Shown in pieces: positions 26,741 through 37,490 of a stretch of DNA of 64,000 bases. Position 1 is the stretch's first letter; the number at the start of each line of letters is the position of its first letter. The notes beneath the pieces were generated by a model. It saw only the letters and a list, made by a program, of their open reading frames with translations. It searched no databases and had not been told where the DNA came from. The translations under genes and the position numbers were made by a program. This DNA comes from Octopus bimaculoides (lineage: Eukaryota), in contig NC_068984.1 of NCBI RefSeq assembly GCF_001194135.2, forward strand, positions 145,472,084 through 145,536,083. The letters are read 5' to 3'.

Positions 26741-27110
26741 ATGTATAGTAAACTCTAAGAACAATAATAATAAAATTATAAATAAGGTTTATATAGGATC
26801 TACAGCTAATGAAATTAAAAAAAGAATCTCCCAACACTACCACACTTTCAAAAATCCTAATTTGAGTAAGTCCACAGGTTTAAGTAAATATATATGGGAA
26901 TTAAAATCTAGAAAAAGAGAGTACACCCTTAGTTGGAGTATAATAGGTAGAGCCCACTCTTATAATATTGGGAATAAAATGTGTTTATTATGTATAACAG
27001 AATTTATGAAACTGCTACAGTCTAAAGATAAATTAGTAAATACATATGATGAATGAGGAGTAAAATGTAGACACAAAAGTAATTTTACTTTTAATAAAAT
27101 GAAATACTGA
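26739..27110 (+). pseudogene. PLE GIY-YIG endonuclease C-terminal remnant
   Basis: KVYIGSTANEIKKRISQHYHTFKNPNLSKSTGLSKYIWELK...WSIIGRAHSYNIGNKMCLLC...LVNTYDE*GVKCRHKSNF; matches the PLE motifs YIG, STxLSKYIWxLK, CxLC and KCRH. One premature TGA at 27054-27056. Confidence 0.85.
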
Positions 27111-27680
27111 ACCCCACCCTTGAATCTAATAACCACACACTTTTGATTTCTACAGTACTTGAATAGATTATATAAATAATTAAATAAATTAATTAAATAT
27201 TACTAAAAATTATATTATAACAAATTATATATATCTCTCAACATAGTCAGATTGAAGATAATAATAGAAGATAATTTAAATAAAACTATGCATAGTATAA
27301 TTACCCCCCCCCCCCNNNNNNNNNNNNNNNNNNNNNNNNNNNNNNNNCCCCCCGGAACTAATCACCTATAAATTCCCATAGTGCTCTGCTATCTTCACTT
27401 CTTCTGATCACCATTTTGAAAGACATCTTGTTTCCACCATAGGAGGATATGTATTTGCGCTTTTTATGTTATTTTTCACATGTAATCACAGACATTTTTA
27501 TTCTGATGTATATTTTATATCTTATATTTTGTATTTGATATCATATACTTGACTTTATAAGTTTGATATATGTATACTAATTCATCTTTATAAAGTATAA
27601 TTTTTAATTTTTAATGTAATGTTTAATTTAACACTTAATTTTAAGGTGATGTAAAATTAGATTAACAATATTTTGAAATA

Positions 27681-27786
27681 GAACCTGAAGATGTGTTGGT
27701 AGAATTATAAATATGATGATTGCATATATTTATTTATATGTGTATATGTATGTATATGTTATAATCTTCCAAAGCACATGTAGTTC
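27681..27786 (+). ncRNA. Degenerate type I hammerhead-ribozyme-like motif in the PLE pLTR
   Basis: GAAC-CUGAAGA-U-GUGUUGG...[AT-rich loop]...GAAG/AAAG-CACAU-GUA-GUUC. Stem I is GAAC/GUUC; the stem II partner CUAAUAC is intact in the inverted copy; core A15.1 is replaced by G. Confidence 0.5.
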
Positions 27787-27992
27787 CTTCATAATTGATA
27801 ATTTTAATTTTAACTTAAGTAGGAGATAATTAAGGAAGTATATTTCATACCCTGTTGGTGTTCTCGTTATATCATTTCATGATGTGCAAATAAATACCAC
27901 GAGTTTACCTTCAGATATACTCATTAGGTTATTTTTTTGTATTATCTGAAACAGAATACTCGCATATCTATTAATCCCAAAAACTGAATTAT
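27696..27992 (+). repeat. Right arm of ~300 bp inverted repeat (3' pLTR)
   Basis: Reverse complement of 26430-26740 with a few substitutions and indels. Confidence 0.95.
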
Positions 27993-27994
27993 AT

Positions 27995-28290
27995 ATGCAA
28001 CATATGGTATAATTATAAACAGCAAATTTTAACCATTTCTCCGCAGACTGAAAAATGATGAACAACCTCAATCGATTTTCAAACCTTATTGAGTTCTTAT
28101 CAGAGGCGTCTACATCATTCTGACAATCTCCAGAGAAACAATCAGTCAAACAGTTTATATACTCAACAAATGCATCAGTTACTCTATGAAGGAGTCCCTA
28201 ATAAGCATACGGAAAATGCTTAACACTCTATAAATACCAGCAGCCTGTCAACGGGGATCTTAGTCCACACAGTATCAAGGTATGATATAA
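27995..28290 (-). repeat. Non-coding repeat unit carrying a hammerhead motif (family R; retrozyme/PLE-derived candidate)
   Basis: Aligns along its length to 62330-62545 and 62760-62892 (ccagagaaacaatcag/ccagataaacactcag; ataccagcagcc; atcaaggtatg). Confidence 0.75.
28060..28110 (-). ncRNA. Minimal type I hammerhead-like motif (repeat family R, copy A)
   Basis: Minus strand GACGCCU CUGAUAA GAAC-UCAAUAAG-GUUU GAAA AUCGAU UG AGGUUGUUC; palindromic helix III AAUCGAUU; G8->A and N17=G. Confidence 0.6.
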
Positions 28291-29107
28291 TATATATGTA
28301 ACATATGGTATAATATATATATATATATATTTGGAACTCAGCATTATTGAATGTTCCAAATGCATTTGGATGCCTAATCCCAATGGATCATCTAGGGGAA
28401 ACACTTCATTGCATTCTATTACAGAGATTTAGTATCTGAAGTCAGACACATGGTGAAGTAATCCATAAATAACTGCAGTAATTTATACTTATTCTGACAG
28501 GTTTTCCGAAAAGGCAAGAATTTGAAAACTTCAAGAGAATGTGAAATAATTATTCTTAACGGTTGCCTGTAGAATAAGAACCCACATCTGTAAACATGAC
28601 AGACAGGATGTAGTCTTCTGCTTTTTCTATCCAAGTGGTTTTTAAACCCATTATCTACTCACAAGTTATCATGGTTTTATCTACTTCAAGAAGCACTGAT
28701 AAAAAAATGCAAAATTATTTCAGGCACTGGAGTGCGATAACAAGTTTGCTTCCCACCCACATGGTTCAGTCCCACTGCATGGCACCTTGAGCACGTGTCT
28801 TCTACTATAGCCCCAGGCCAAGCAAAGCCTTGTGGGTGGATTTAGTAAATGGAAACTCAAAGAAGCCCTGCTGAGAATCTCTGGTGAGTTCTTCATTACA
28901 ATTAGAAGTGCTCCTTACATGTATGAGACATACAAAAACTCATACATTGCTTGGGTGAGGACTGATTTGAGGTTGGACTTTACAGCTAGATGCTCTCCCT
29001 GTTATCAACCTTTAACCCATTTCTCAAGTGATGAGATGTCTTTATTCCACAAGTCTTTGAACGTCCAGAGTAACAAGCAATGTCAACATCAGCACAAATG
29101 AAATACC

Positions 29108-29142
<35 letters not shown>

Positions 29143-29831
29143 GCAACAGGCTTAATACAGTTTCATCTACCTAATTCGCTCACAAACTTTGGCTGATCTG
29201 GGGCAATAGCAGAAGACACTTGCCCAAGGTTTCATGCAGTAGGACTGAACTCCAAGATCACATGGTCAGGAAACAAGCTTCTTACCTACATATGCTAACA
29301 AATGCTAAAAAAAAGAGTTCAGAGACAGTGAAAAACATTTTTCTGTGTCAGCAAGAGATTGAAGAACTTACAGTACCCTTATCAAAGGACACCATGTCAT
29401 TCTAGTACTTAAAAAAAAGCACTAGATAACGTAGAGGGGGACACTAGTCATTCTAACTAAAAGACCCTCCTGTTACCCTCAAGCTCCTCTGATTTTTCTG
29501 AAACACTTATTAACCACTTACATTTCCTAATTACAAAAACTGAAAACTTTCAAAAACTTTCTGCCAGCTTAATAACTGGATTAACTAATTTCCTGCTTTA
29601 AGTAATCTCTTGAGAATCTTCTCTTCTATTACTTCAACTGATGCCACACTTAATAGTTCCACTGTAATCCTAGAAGCCAAACTATTACAGCTATTCACCA
29701 CTCTCCCACCATTTGTCTATGTCTAAGAAAACAGTTTGTATCACAACAGAACATTTCTACATATCTATGTTTGTCTAAACCACCACTGCCTCCAACTTGT
29801 AACTTCTCTCTCTAACATATACATGTCGCAA

Positions 29832-29874
<43 letters not shown>

Positions 29875-31981
29875 CTGCAGAGGTGAAGGAGACCTTTGAA
29901 TTAACAACTCCTCTCATCACAGCACAACTGGCCTAATTTATCTTAAACTTAATTACCAAATCATTAGGGTATGGTACCCTTTTTAGGCAACAGAGTAGAA
30001 AACCATGTTTACATCCATGCTACAGGCCTCACATCCTATTCATCTACCCCTTTACCCAACACCCTATCCATAACATTATTAATATACCTCGTTTGTAAAG
30101 TCTATTAGTTTATCTTGCATCTAATTAACTGCTATCTAAACTGTAACTCACACCCAAACACTACAGATTTAAGCTCCTACTGGTCCATTCTATATCTAAC
30201 CCCATTAACCCTAACCTTATATCAAACACCTTATAAGCAATGCTGAGTTACCATCAAGCAGAAAAGCATATACTTAGGTCACCAAGGGAAGTGGGGTGGG
30301 AGCATCACAGAAATGGTTAACGGCTTACAGCACAAAAGAAATCACTTTAAATTTGCTAAAGTAATATTCAAAGGGGTTTAAATGAGTAGAAATATAATTT
30401 CTAAGTGTTCATGGTGTCATAGTGAGATCGTGAAGGGCACATGGCTTTATCTGGAGCATCAAGCTTACGACCGTGAGGTTGTGAGTTTGAATCCCAGACC
30501 GGGCTGCATGTTATGTTCTTGAGCAAGACACTTTATTTCACGTTGCTCCAGTTCACTCAGCTGTAGAAAGGAGTTGCGACATCACAGGTGCCAAGCTGTA
30601 TCGCCCCCCCCCCCNNNNNNNNNNCCCTTTTGCCTTTCCCTTGGATAACATCTGTGGTGTGGAGAGGGGAGGCAGTATTTTGTCTGTCTTTGTGTTCAGT
30701 TGTCAAGCGATGTTGGGCGGGAGGGGGGACAAACACAGACACACAAATATATATATATATATATATACATATATACGACAGGCTTCTTTCAGATTCCGTC
30801 TACCATATCCACTCACAAGGCTTTGGTCAGCCCAAGACTATAGTAAAAGACACCTGCCCAAGGTGCCACGCAGTGGGACTGAACCCGGAATGATATGGTT
30901 GGTAAGCAAGCTATTTACCACACAGCCACTCCTATGCCTATATACATATGTGTGTGTGTGTGTGTGTGTGTCTCTCTGTCCCCCCCCCCCAACATCGCTC
31001 GACAACCGATGCCAGTGTGTTTACGTCCCCGTAACTTAGCAGTTCGGCAAAAGAGACCAATAGAATAAGTACTAGGCTTACAAAGAAACAAGCAAAAGAA
31101 CAAAAGAATAACACAGTTATCAAAACAGAAGTAAAACAAAACATTGAAAAAAAAAATGATTCTGATGTTCAAAATGTGTTGCAATCAAGAAAAGATGTTT
31201 GAGGTGGTTGAGGAAATAATGGGAGCTTCTTTAAACTGACATTTACAGAATGGTATTGTCATTGATCTTAAAGGAGTGCCATCTTCGACAATTGGTTTGG
31301 AAACTCAAAGAAATTTCCTCACATATCAAATGACAGCCAGATTCTTCCCCCGACTTCTGAATTCATTCCATTCCAGATTTGTGCACCTCAAGTAATTTAT
31401 AGATAGTGCTTCTTTTTCATCTACGTCGATAATGATGGTTAGACAGCTCCTTACAAGACCTGTCGTATCAATATATCTATTTACGGATTTTTTTCATTAG
31501 CCTGCCATTTCTGATCTCTCTCCCTCTGCCATTTCTCATCTCTCCCTCTGTCCTTTCTCATCTCTCCCCCCCTCTGCCATAATCGCTTTCTCTCTTTCCT
31601 TCTTTCCACCTGATTTATCTATATTTCAGGAACTATTGTATAAGTTGTCAATGTGCTGCCAGACATTCACTTCCCATCTGTTTTATAATTTTTAATTAAT
31701 ATTAATTCCAGGGTTGCTTCCCTTGCCAGTCCTGATCAGAATTCATCATCATCATCATCATCATTTAACTTTCAGTTTTCCATGCTTGCACAGATCAGAT
31801 TTGTTGAGACAGATTTTCTATGGCTGGATGCCCTTCCAGTAGCCAACCTTCTTGTTTCACAATGGCCAGACATGTTTTTCCTGAAAGACTGGAAATGGAC
31901 AACACCACTTGTATGATAATGATGCTTGTTTACAACCATCATGTGATGTCAAGGCAAGGCTGCACATACACACGGACATAT

Positions 31982-32055
<74 letters not shown>

Positions 32056-32594
32056 TGTTTGGAGATAATAATTATAATGGAACACCAATCCCACATGACG
32101 AGTGGTATGTGCTAGTCGTTACAAATACAGTGAAGTGGGAGAAGTCGTGGAAGTCGGTTATAGATAGTCATGTCTTATTTGTTTAACAAACTATACTGTT
32201 AAACCAGTTATATATATATGCGCGCGCGCGCACACACACACACAAATGATGAGCTCTATTTCAGTTTCTCTTTTATATGGATAATGCCATCATCAAATGA
32301 AAAAGAATATTTTAAGGCACTTTTGATAATGAAATTGTAAGCTTTATTATGCATGAGATTAATAATTACAATTTTTGTATTTAATTTAAGTGAAGATAAG
32401 ATTAAAAATTACTCTTAAGAAAAGATGTTTTTTTGTTTTTGGCCCATTTACACAACATTCACACAACCCTTTTCCTCCATTTAAGGGTCAATCAACTATA
32501 CCCTGTATCCCTTAATGATTTGTGAGATTTTAGTACTGGGGTCCCTCCTCACCTAAAAATATTTCTGACCCATGTTTCCAGAGGTGAATTATTC

Positions 32595-32858
32595 GAACCC
32601 AAAATAATTCCTCTCAACACATGGCTATGATGCTCCCCGACTACTTCTGCTCATGATCAGAGATGCACATATCGTCAGCCATCAAGGGACATGCTCAACT
32701 GGTTAAGGTCAAACAACTGACAAGCAAATGTGTGGTATTAAGCAGAATATTTGCTATAGCCCATTGTTTATACCAAGACAAAACATGTACATGATAACAT
32801 TTCCAATCAGTTAAGATTAGAAGCCATGAAAGCCACTGCCTGGTACTGCATCAGGGCA
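32595..32858. repeat. Unclassified interspersed repeat
   Basis: Distinct, more GC-balanced block (aaaataattcctctcaacacatgg...ggtactgcatcagggca) of repeat-like character; single copy in the window, class not assignable. Confidence 0.35.
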
Positions 32859-33428
32859 TTAATTCCACTGAGGTCGACTTTGCTTTTCATCCTTTCAGGC
32901 CTTGTGCCTTCAGTGGAAAGGATTATCGTCATCATCATCATTATCATTATTATTATTACTATGATTATTATTATTATCATCATCATTGTTATTATTATTA
33001 TTATTATTATTATTTCTACTACAATGACTATTACAAATGAAATACTTTTCTTCTGCAGACAATATTTAACATTCTTCAGTTTACAATAGTCAAAGAAAAG
33101 GGCTGACTTCAAGAGAGGGAAAGATCGAGAAACAAGAAGAGGGAGGGAGAAAGAAAGAGAGAGTGGAGAGGAGGAGGAGGAGGAGGAGAAAGATGAAAGA
33201 GGGGTGTGTGAGAAATATTTCCCACTGCAGTAGCAGCAGCAACAAGAGTCTGATAAAAGTTTCTTGCCAAGGAATTAAAGAAGAAAGAAAGAAGGAGAGA
33301 GAGGAAGAATTGAAGTAGCAAATAATTAAAGCGTTGGCAGGAAATGAGTTGGAAGTTCTGCTGTTGCAGTTGTTGAAAGTCGGATTTGGGTGGCGGCTCA
33401 GAAAAACTAACTCAGTCAGCAAATACAA

Positions 33429-33485
<57 letters not shown>

Positions 33486-33599
33486 ATATATATGATACAA
33501 ACAACTGTTTACATATACATACACACACATATATATGTGCGTGTGTGTATATATATATATATGTGTATATATACACACACACACATACATACATATATA

Positions 33600-33960
33600 T
33601 ATATTCTTTTATTCTTTCATTCTTTTACTTGTTTCAGTCATTTGACTGTGGCCGTGCTGGAGCACCGCCTTCAGTCGAGTAAATCGACCCCAGGACTTAT
33701 TCTTTGTAAACTTAGTACTTATTCTGTCAGTCACTTTTGCCGAACCGCTAAGTTACGGGAATGTAAACACACCAGCATTGGTTCTCAAGCGATGTTGGGG
33801 AGACAAACACATGCACAAACACACTCATATCTGATAAGCCTCTTTCAGTTTCTGTTTACCGAATCCCCTCACAAGGCTTTGGTTAGCCCAGGCTGAAGTG
33901 GAAGACACTTGTCCACGGTGCCATACAGTGGGACTGAACTTGAAACCACATGGCTGTTTT
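33600..33960 (-). mobile_element. SINE family B copy
   Basis: Reverse-complement match to family B. Confidence 0.85.
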
Positions 33961-34479
33961 ATTTTGTTTTTGTTTTTTAATTAAAAACCTTCTTTGTAAT
34001 TATCGTTGTATAGACATGCTGGCCGTGTGGTTAAAAAATCCTTCCCCCAACCATATAGTCTCAAGACCAGTTCCACTATATTTAGCAATTACGTTCTACT
34101 ATGGCCTTGTACAGTGGAGGCGCATGGCTTAACGGTTAGGATACTGGACTCATGATCATAAGATTGTGGTTTCAATTCCTGAACCAGGTGATGCATTATG
34201 TTTTTGAGCAACACACTTCATTTTACACTGCTCCAATCCACTCAGCTGGTAAAAGTGACTGATTCTACATGGGACTGGCACCCCATCCAGGGAGGAATAT
34301 ATACACACCAGAGAAACCATAAAACCAGCTCTATGCTCCCTATGGAGTAATGTTGGCAAACCATAGCCTTGTATAGGAGCCTACTGAACGTGTTCGTATA
34401 TACACGTGATGTCCCCCAAAATTGTGTACACACTTTACTAGTTAATAAAATCAAAATGGAAATTGGGAAATTGTAGTTG

Positions 34480-34845
34480 TGGCTGATGCCAGTGCCGCCT
34501 AACTGGCTCCCCGTGCTGGTGACATATAAAAAGCACCATCCGAACATGGTTGATGCCAGTTCTCCACCCACCCCCACCCGGCTCCTGTACTGGTGGCATG
34601 TAAAAAACACTATCCGAACGTGGTCGATGCCAGTACTGCCTGACTGGCTCCTGTGCCGGTGACATGTAAAAAGCACCCATTACACTCTCGGAGTGGTTGG
34701 CACTAGGAAGGGCATCCAGCTGTAGAAACATTGCCAGATCAGATTGGAGCCTGGTGCAGTCTCTTGGCTTGCCAGTCCTCAGTAAACTGTGCAACCCATG
34801 CCAGCATGGAAAGCGAACGTTAAACGATGATGATGATGATGATGG
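34480..34845 (+). mobile_element. SINE family A body ending in (GAT)n
   Basis: gtggttggc.ttaggaagggcatccagctgtagaaac...catggaaagcg.acgttaaacgatgatgat. Other copies at ~187-320-, 5113-5340+, 14660-15000+, 18475-18725+, 20660-20900-, 21115-21400-, 39620-39765+, 40720-40900-, 41700-41910+, 52200-52495+, 53090-53335+, 59625-59700-. Confidence 0.88.
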
Positions 34846-34891
34846 ACTCACTGAATTGTCATTTCCTTTTAGATTTAATCCATTAGAAATA

Positions 34892-35330
34892 ATGAAGGGA
34901 CCAAGACTAAGCATTGAACAGTGCAGAATCTTCCTAGTGATGCTAAGGGTTTGAAAATAACACACAAAGACAGTTTAGGTGGCAGGGAGTTTGAAGCACA
35001 TCCACCTATGTAACTTATTCTCATTTGAATTAAAGATAAATTTAAAGCAGATGGAATGGTTCAGAATGCCCAAAAGAAATGTTCTGGAAGATTGCAGACA
35101 TCAACAAGCTTCATAAAGCAAGAAAGGGCTCAAGGAACATATTGTCAGAGTTCAAGAAATTTCAAGAGGAATTTCAAAATCAAGTGCTATCATTGGAAAA
35201 GTTACACTCCAAGAAGAGTTCATGCTCTCAACAAAGCTGATCCAGACCAAAGAGTGGAGTTTTGGAAATGGTGTACTAATTTGATAATGAAAAACACGCT
35301 TATTTGACTGAAATCTCTCAAGCATTTTGA
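34892..35330 (+). mobile_element. Tc1/mariner-type transposase N-terminal relic
   Basis: MKGPRLSIEQ...IKDKFKADGMVQNAQKKCSGRLQTSTS...WKSYTPRRVHALNKADPDQRVEFWKW, similar to the RDKFEAxGTV..RSGRP and Y.P..VH.L...D...R.EFC motifs; decayed. Confidence 0.7.
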
Positions 35331-36999
35331 TCATTTCGGAAATTAATTGAAAAACATGATTTTCTTCATTAGAAATATGGTGACAAAAGGGTTAAAGCAT
35401 AGAAAAGAAGAAAAGAGCTTCCCCCATCATTCAAAGAACCTCACTTTCTCTATCGGGCAAGTCTTTAATTCTTTATGGAACCATATCAATGCCATCTCGT
35501 TCCCATTTCTAAAAGTTCCATTTACTTAGTCACACACATACTTTTTTTTCCTATTATGTGCTCATGTTTTCTTTTAATAATTTATTTTATTGAAGTGTGT
35601 CACACATTTCCACCATTAAATACATGCATAATACACACACATGTGCTACCTTATACACACACATGTACTACATTCATATGAGGACACTATTGATAAGACA
35701 GCATTAAAGCACTTAGACTAAATGGCTCACATTTAGATTAAAATTCTCAACAGGGCTATGTCTAAGGAGACCCAAATTAATTTTGCTGATACAGAAAAAA
35801 ATCTTCCATTACTTGGTGTGCTAGCATTACCAAAATTCTAATTCAAAGTGATTTTAACACTCTTTTACAAGTTTCAGTTGTTTTCTGGGGTCAGATTAGA
35901 AGAATGACTTTAAAAGGAATGTGTAAACAATTATTTTTTTAAAGTATGCTCCAAGTAAGGACTGAACCCACAACCTTCAGATTACTCTATGGTTAGATTT
36001 GATTATGGGACTACCATACTAGCTTACTGACACCATTACAATCTATGGATGTAGTTCATACAGAAAAGTGATGTTTATTCAAGCTAAACTCATTGCATTT
36101 TCATAGTCTTTGCAATAATTTAGTACCAATTTCACTTGTCCTCACAGAGTTGGCAGCATTCATACTCAAGAAATGACCATTCCAACAAAGTTTTCCGCCA
36201 TCGCACTTTCTCATAAACAACATCAAGTTTCTTTAATTCTCCAAATACCAGAATACAAAGCAAATTTACAGTTCTGCTCAAAACAATGATCTCATCTACC
36301 AATCGAATTCAACCTTATCTCTTTGGCACAGATTCTATTAACACACACACACACATGCATCACTATCATCATCATCATCATTGTTTTAGCATCCACTTTT
36401 TCATGCTTGCATGGGTCAGATGGAATTTGTTGAGGCAGATTTTCTTCATCCAGATACCCTTCCTGCCACCACCCTTTACCTGTTTCCAAGCTAATATTCG
36501 GCCAGTCATACCATGTCAGGACAAATATCAGAGAAAAATAGTTACATGCAAAGAATGGTTTGTTACTAAATTTAATTGGTTTACAACTAAACTTGATTAC
36601 TAATTTGGATTTAAAGATAAAATGATTTTTTTTTGTTTATATGTAAGGGTTCTTAGAGACTTTTTGGCAGGGGCTAGTTTAAGATTTGAATGAAAATGGA
36701 ATTTTTACAATAATTCTCAATAAATCTAAAAAACTCGATGTTTTTTCAGTATGACAACTTATATCATTACACTAACAATCAAGCCATGACCATCTCATCT
36801 AGTTTTTGGCATATTATAATCAGGATTATTTCATCTGATATTTTCATCTATTTTAAAGACAGCAGAGCAGATTTTCAAAGGTGATTTAGGCTGCCCGTCC
36901 CATAGTAGGAGGCAAGGCTCCTTCCCGCAAATGTAACATTCTGAACAAGGCCACTTTGTCTAGCTCAGTTTTGGCTACTCTCATCATCTACAAGCATTC

Positions 37000-37490
37000 A
37001 CTGCATGGCCATGTGGTAAGAAGTTCATTTCCCAGCCACATGGTTTTGGGTTCAGTTGTGTGGCACCTTGGGTGGGTGTCATCTACTATAACCCCAGGTT
37101 AACCCAAACCTTGTAAGTACAAAACTGAAAGAAGCTCATTGTGTGTGTGTGTATGTGTGAATGTATTTGTGTGTGTGTGTATGTGTGAATGTATTTGTGT
37201 GTGTGTGTGTGTGTGCATGTGTGTGTGTATGCGTATGTTGCTGTCTTACCTTGACTTTGCACAATAGTTGTAAACGAGTATCAATGTCATGCAAGCAGTA
37301 TCCTTTATTTCCAATCTTCATGAAATCATGTTTGGACAGTGGCTAATGTGGAACTGGGTAATATTCCTTAACTTGGAAACAGGCAAGTGTTGGCAACAGG
37401 ACAGATATCTAGCTATAAAAAATCTGTCTTAACAAATTCTGTCCCACCCATGCAAGCATAGAAAAGTAAACATTAAAGTGATGACGAGTC
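37000..37490 (+). mobile_element. SINE with family B head and alternative tail ending toward (GAT)n (tail G)
   Basis: B head and (GT)n, then cttgac..cac..tagttgtaaacgag...catgtttgg...ttggaaacagg...agaaaag..acattaaagtgatga. Related copies at ~550-920-, 2690-3012-, 31745-31975-, 36340-36560-, 52880-53090-, 55060-55560-. Confidence 0.75.

Larger units (their letters stand above)
26280..27992 (+). mobile_element. 5'-truncated Penelope-like element (PLE) with inverted pseudo-LTR
   Basis: GIY-YIG endonuclease remnant, AT-rich 3' region, and ~300 bp inverted arms (26430-26740 vs 27696-27992), the typical PLE architecture. Confidence 0.85.

Noticed and set aside
32210-32244. (TA)n(CG)5(CA)n Z-DNA-prone tract
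   Set aside because: A common compound microsatellite in such genomes; nothing links it to a function here.
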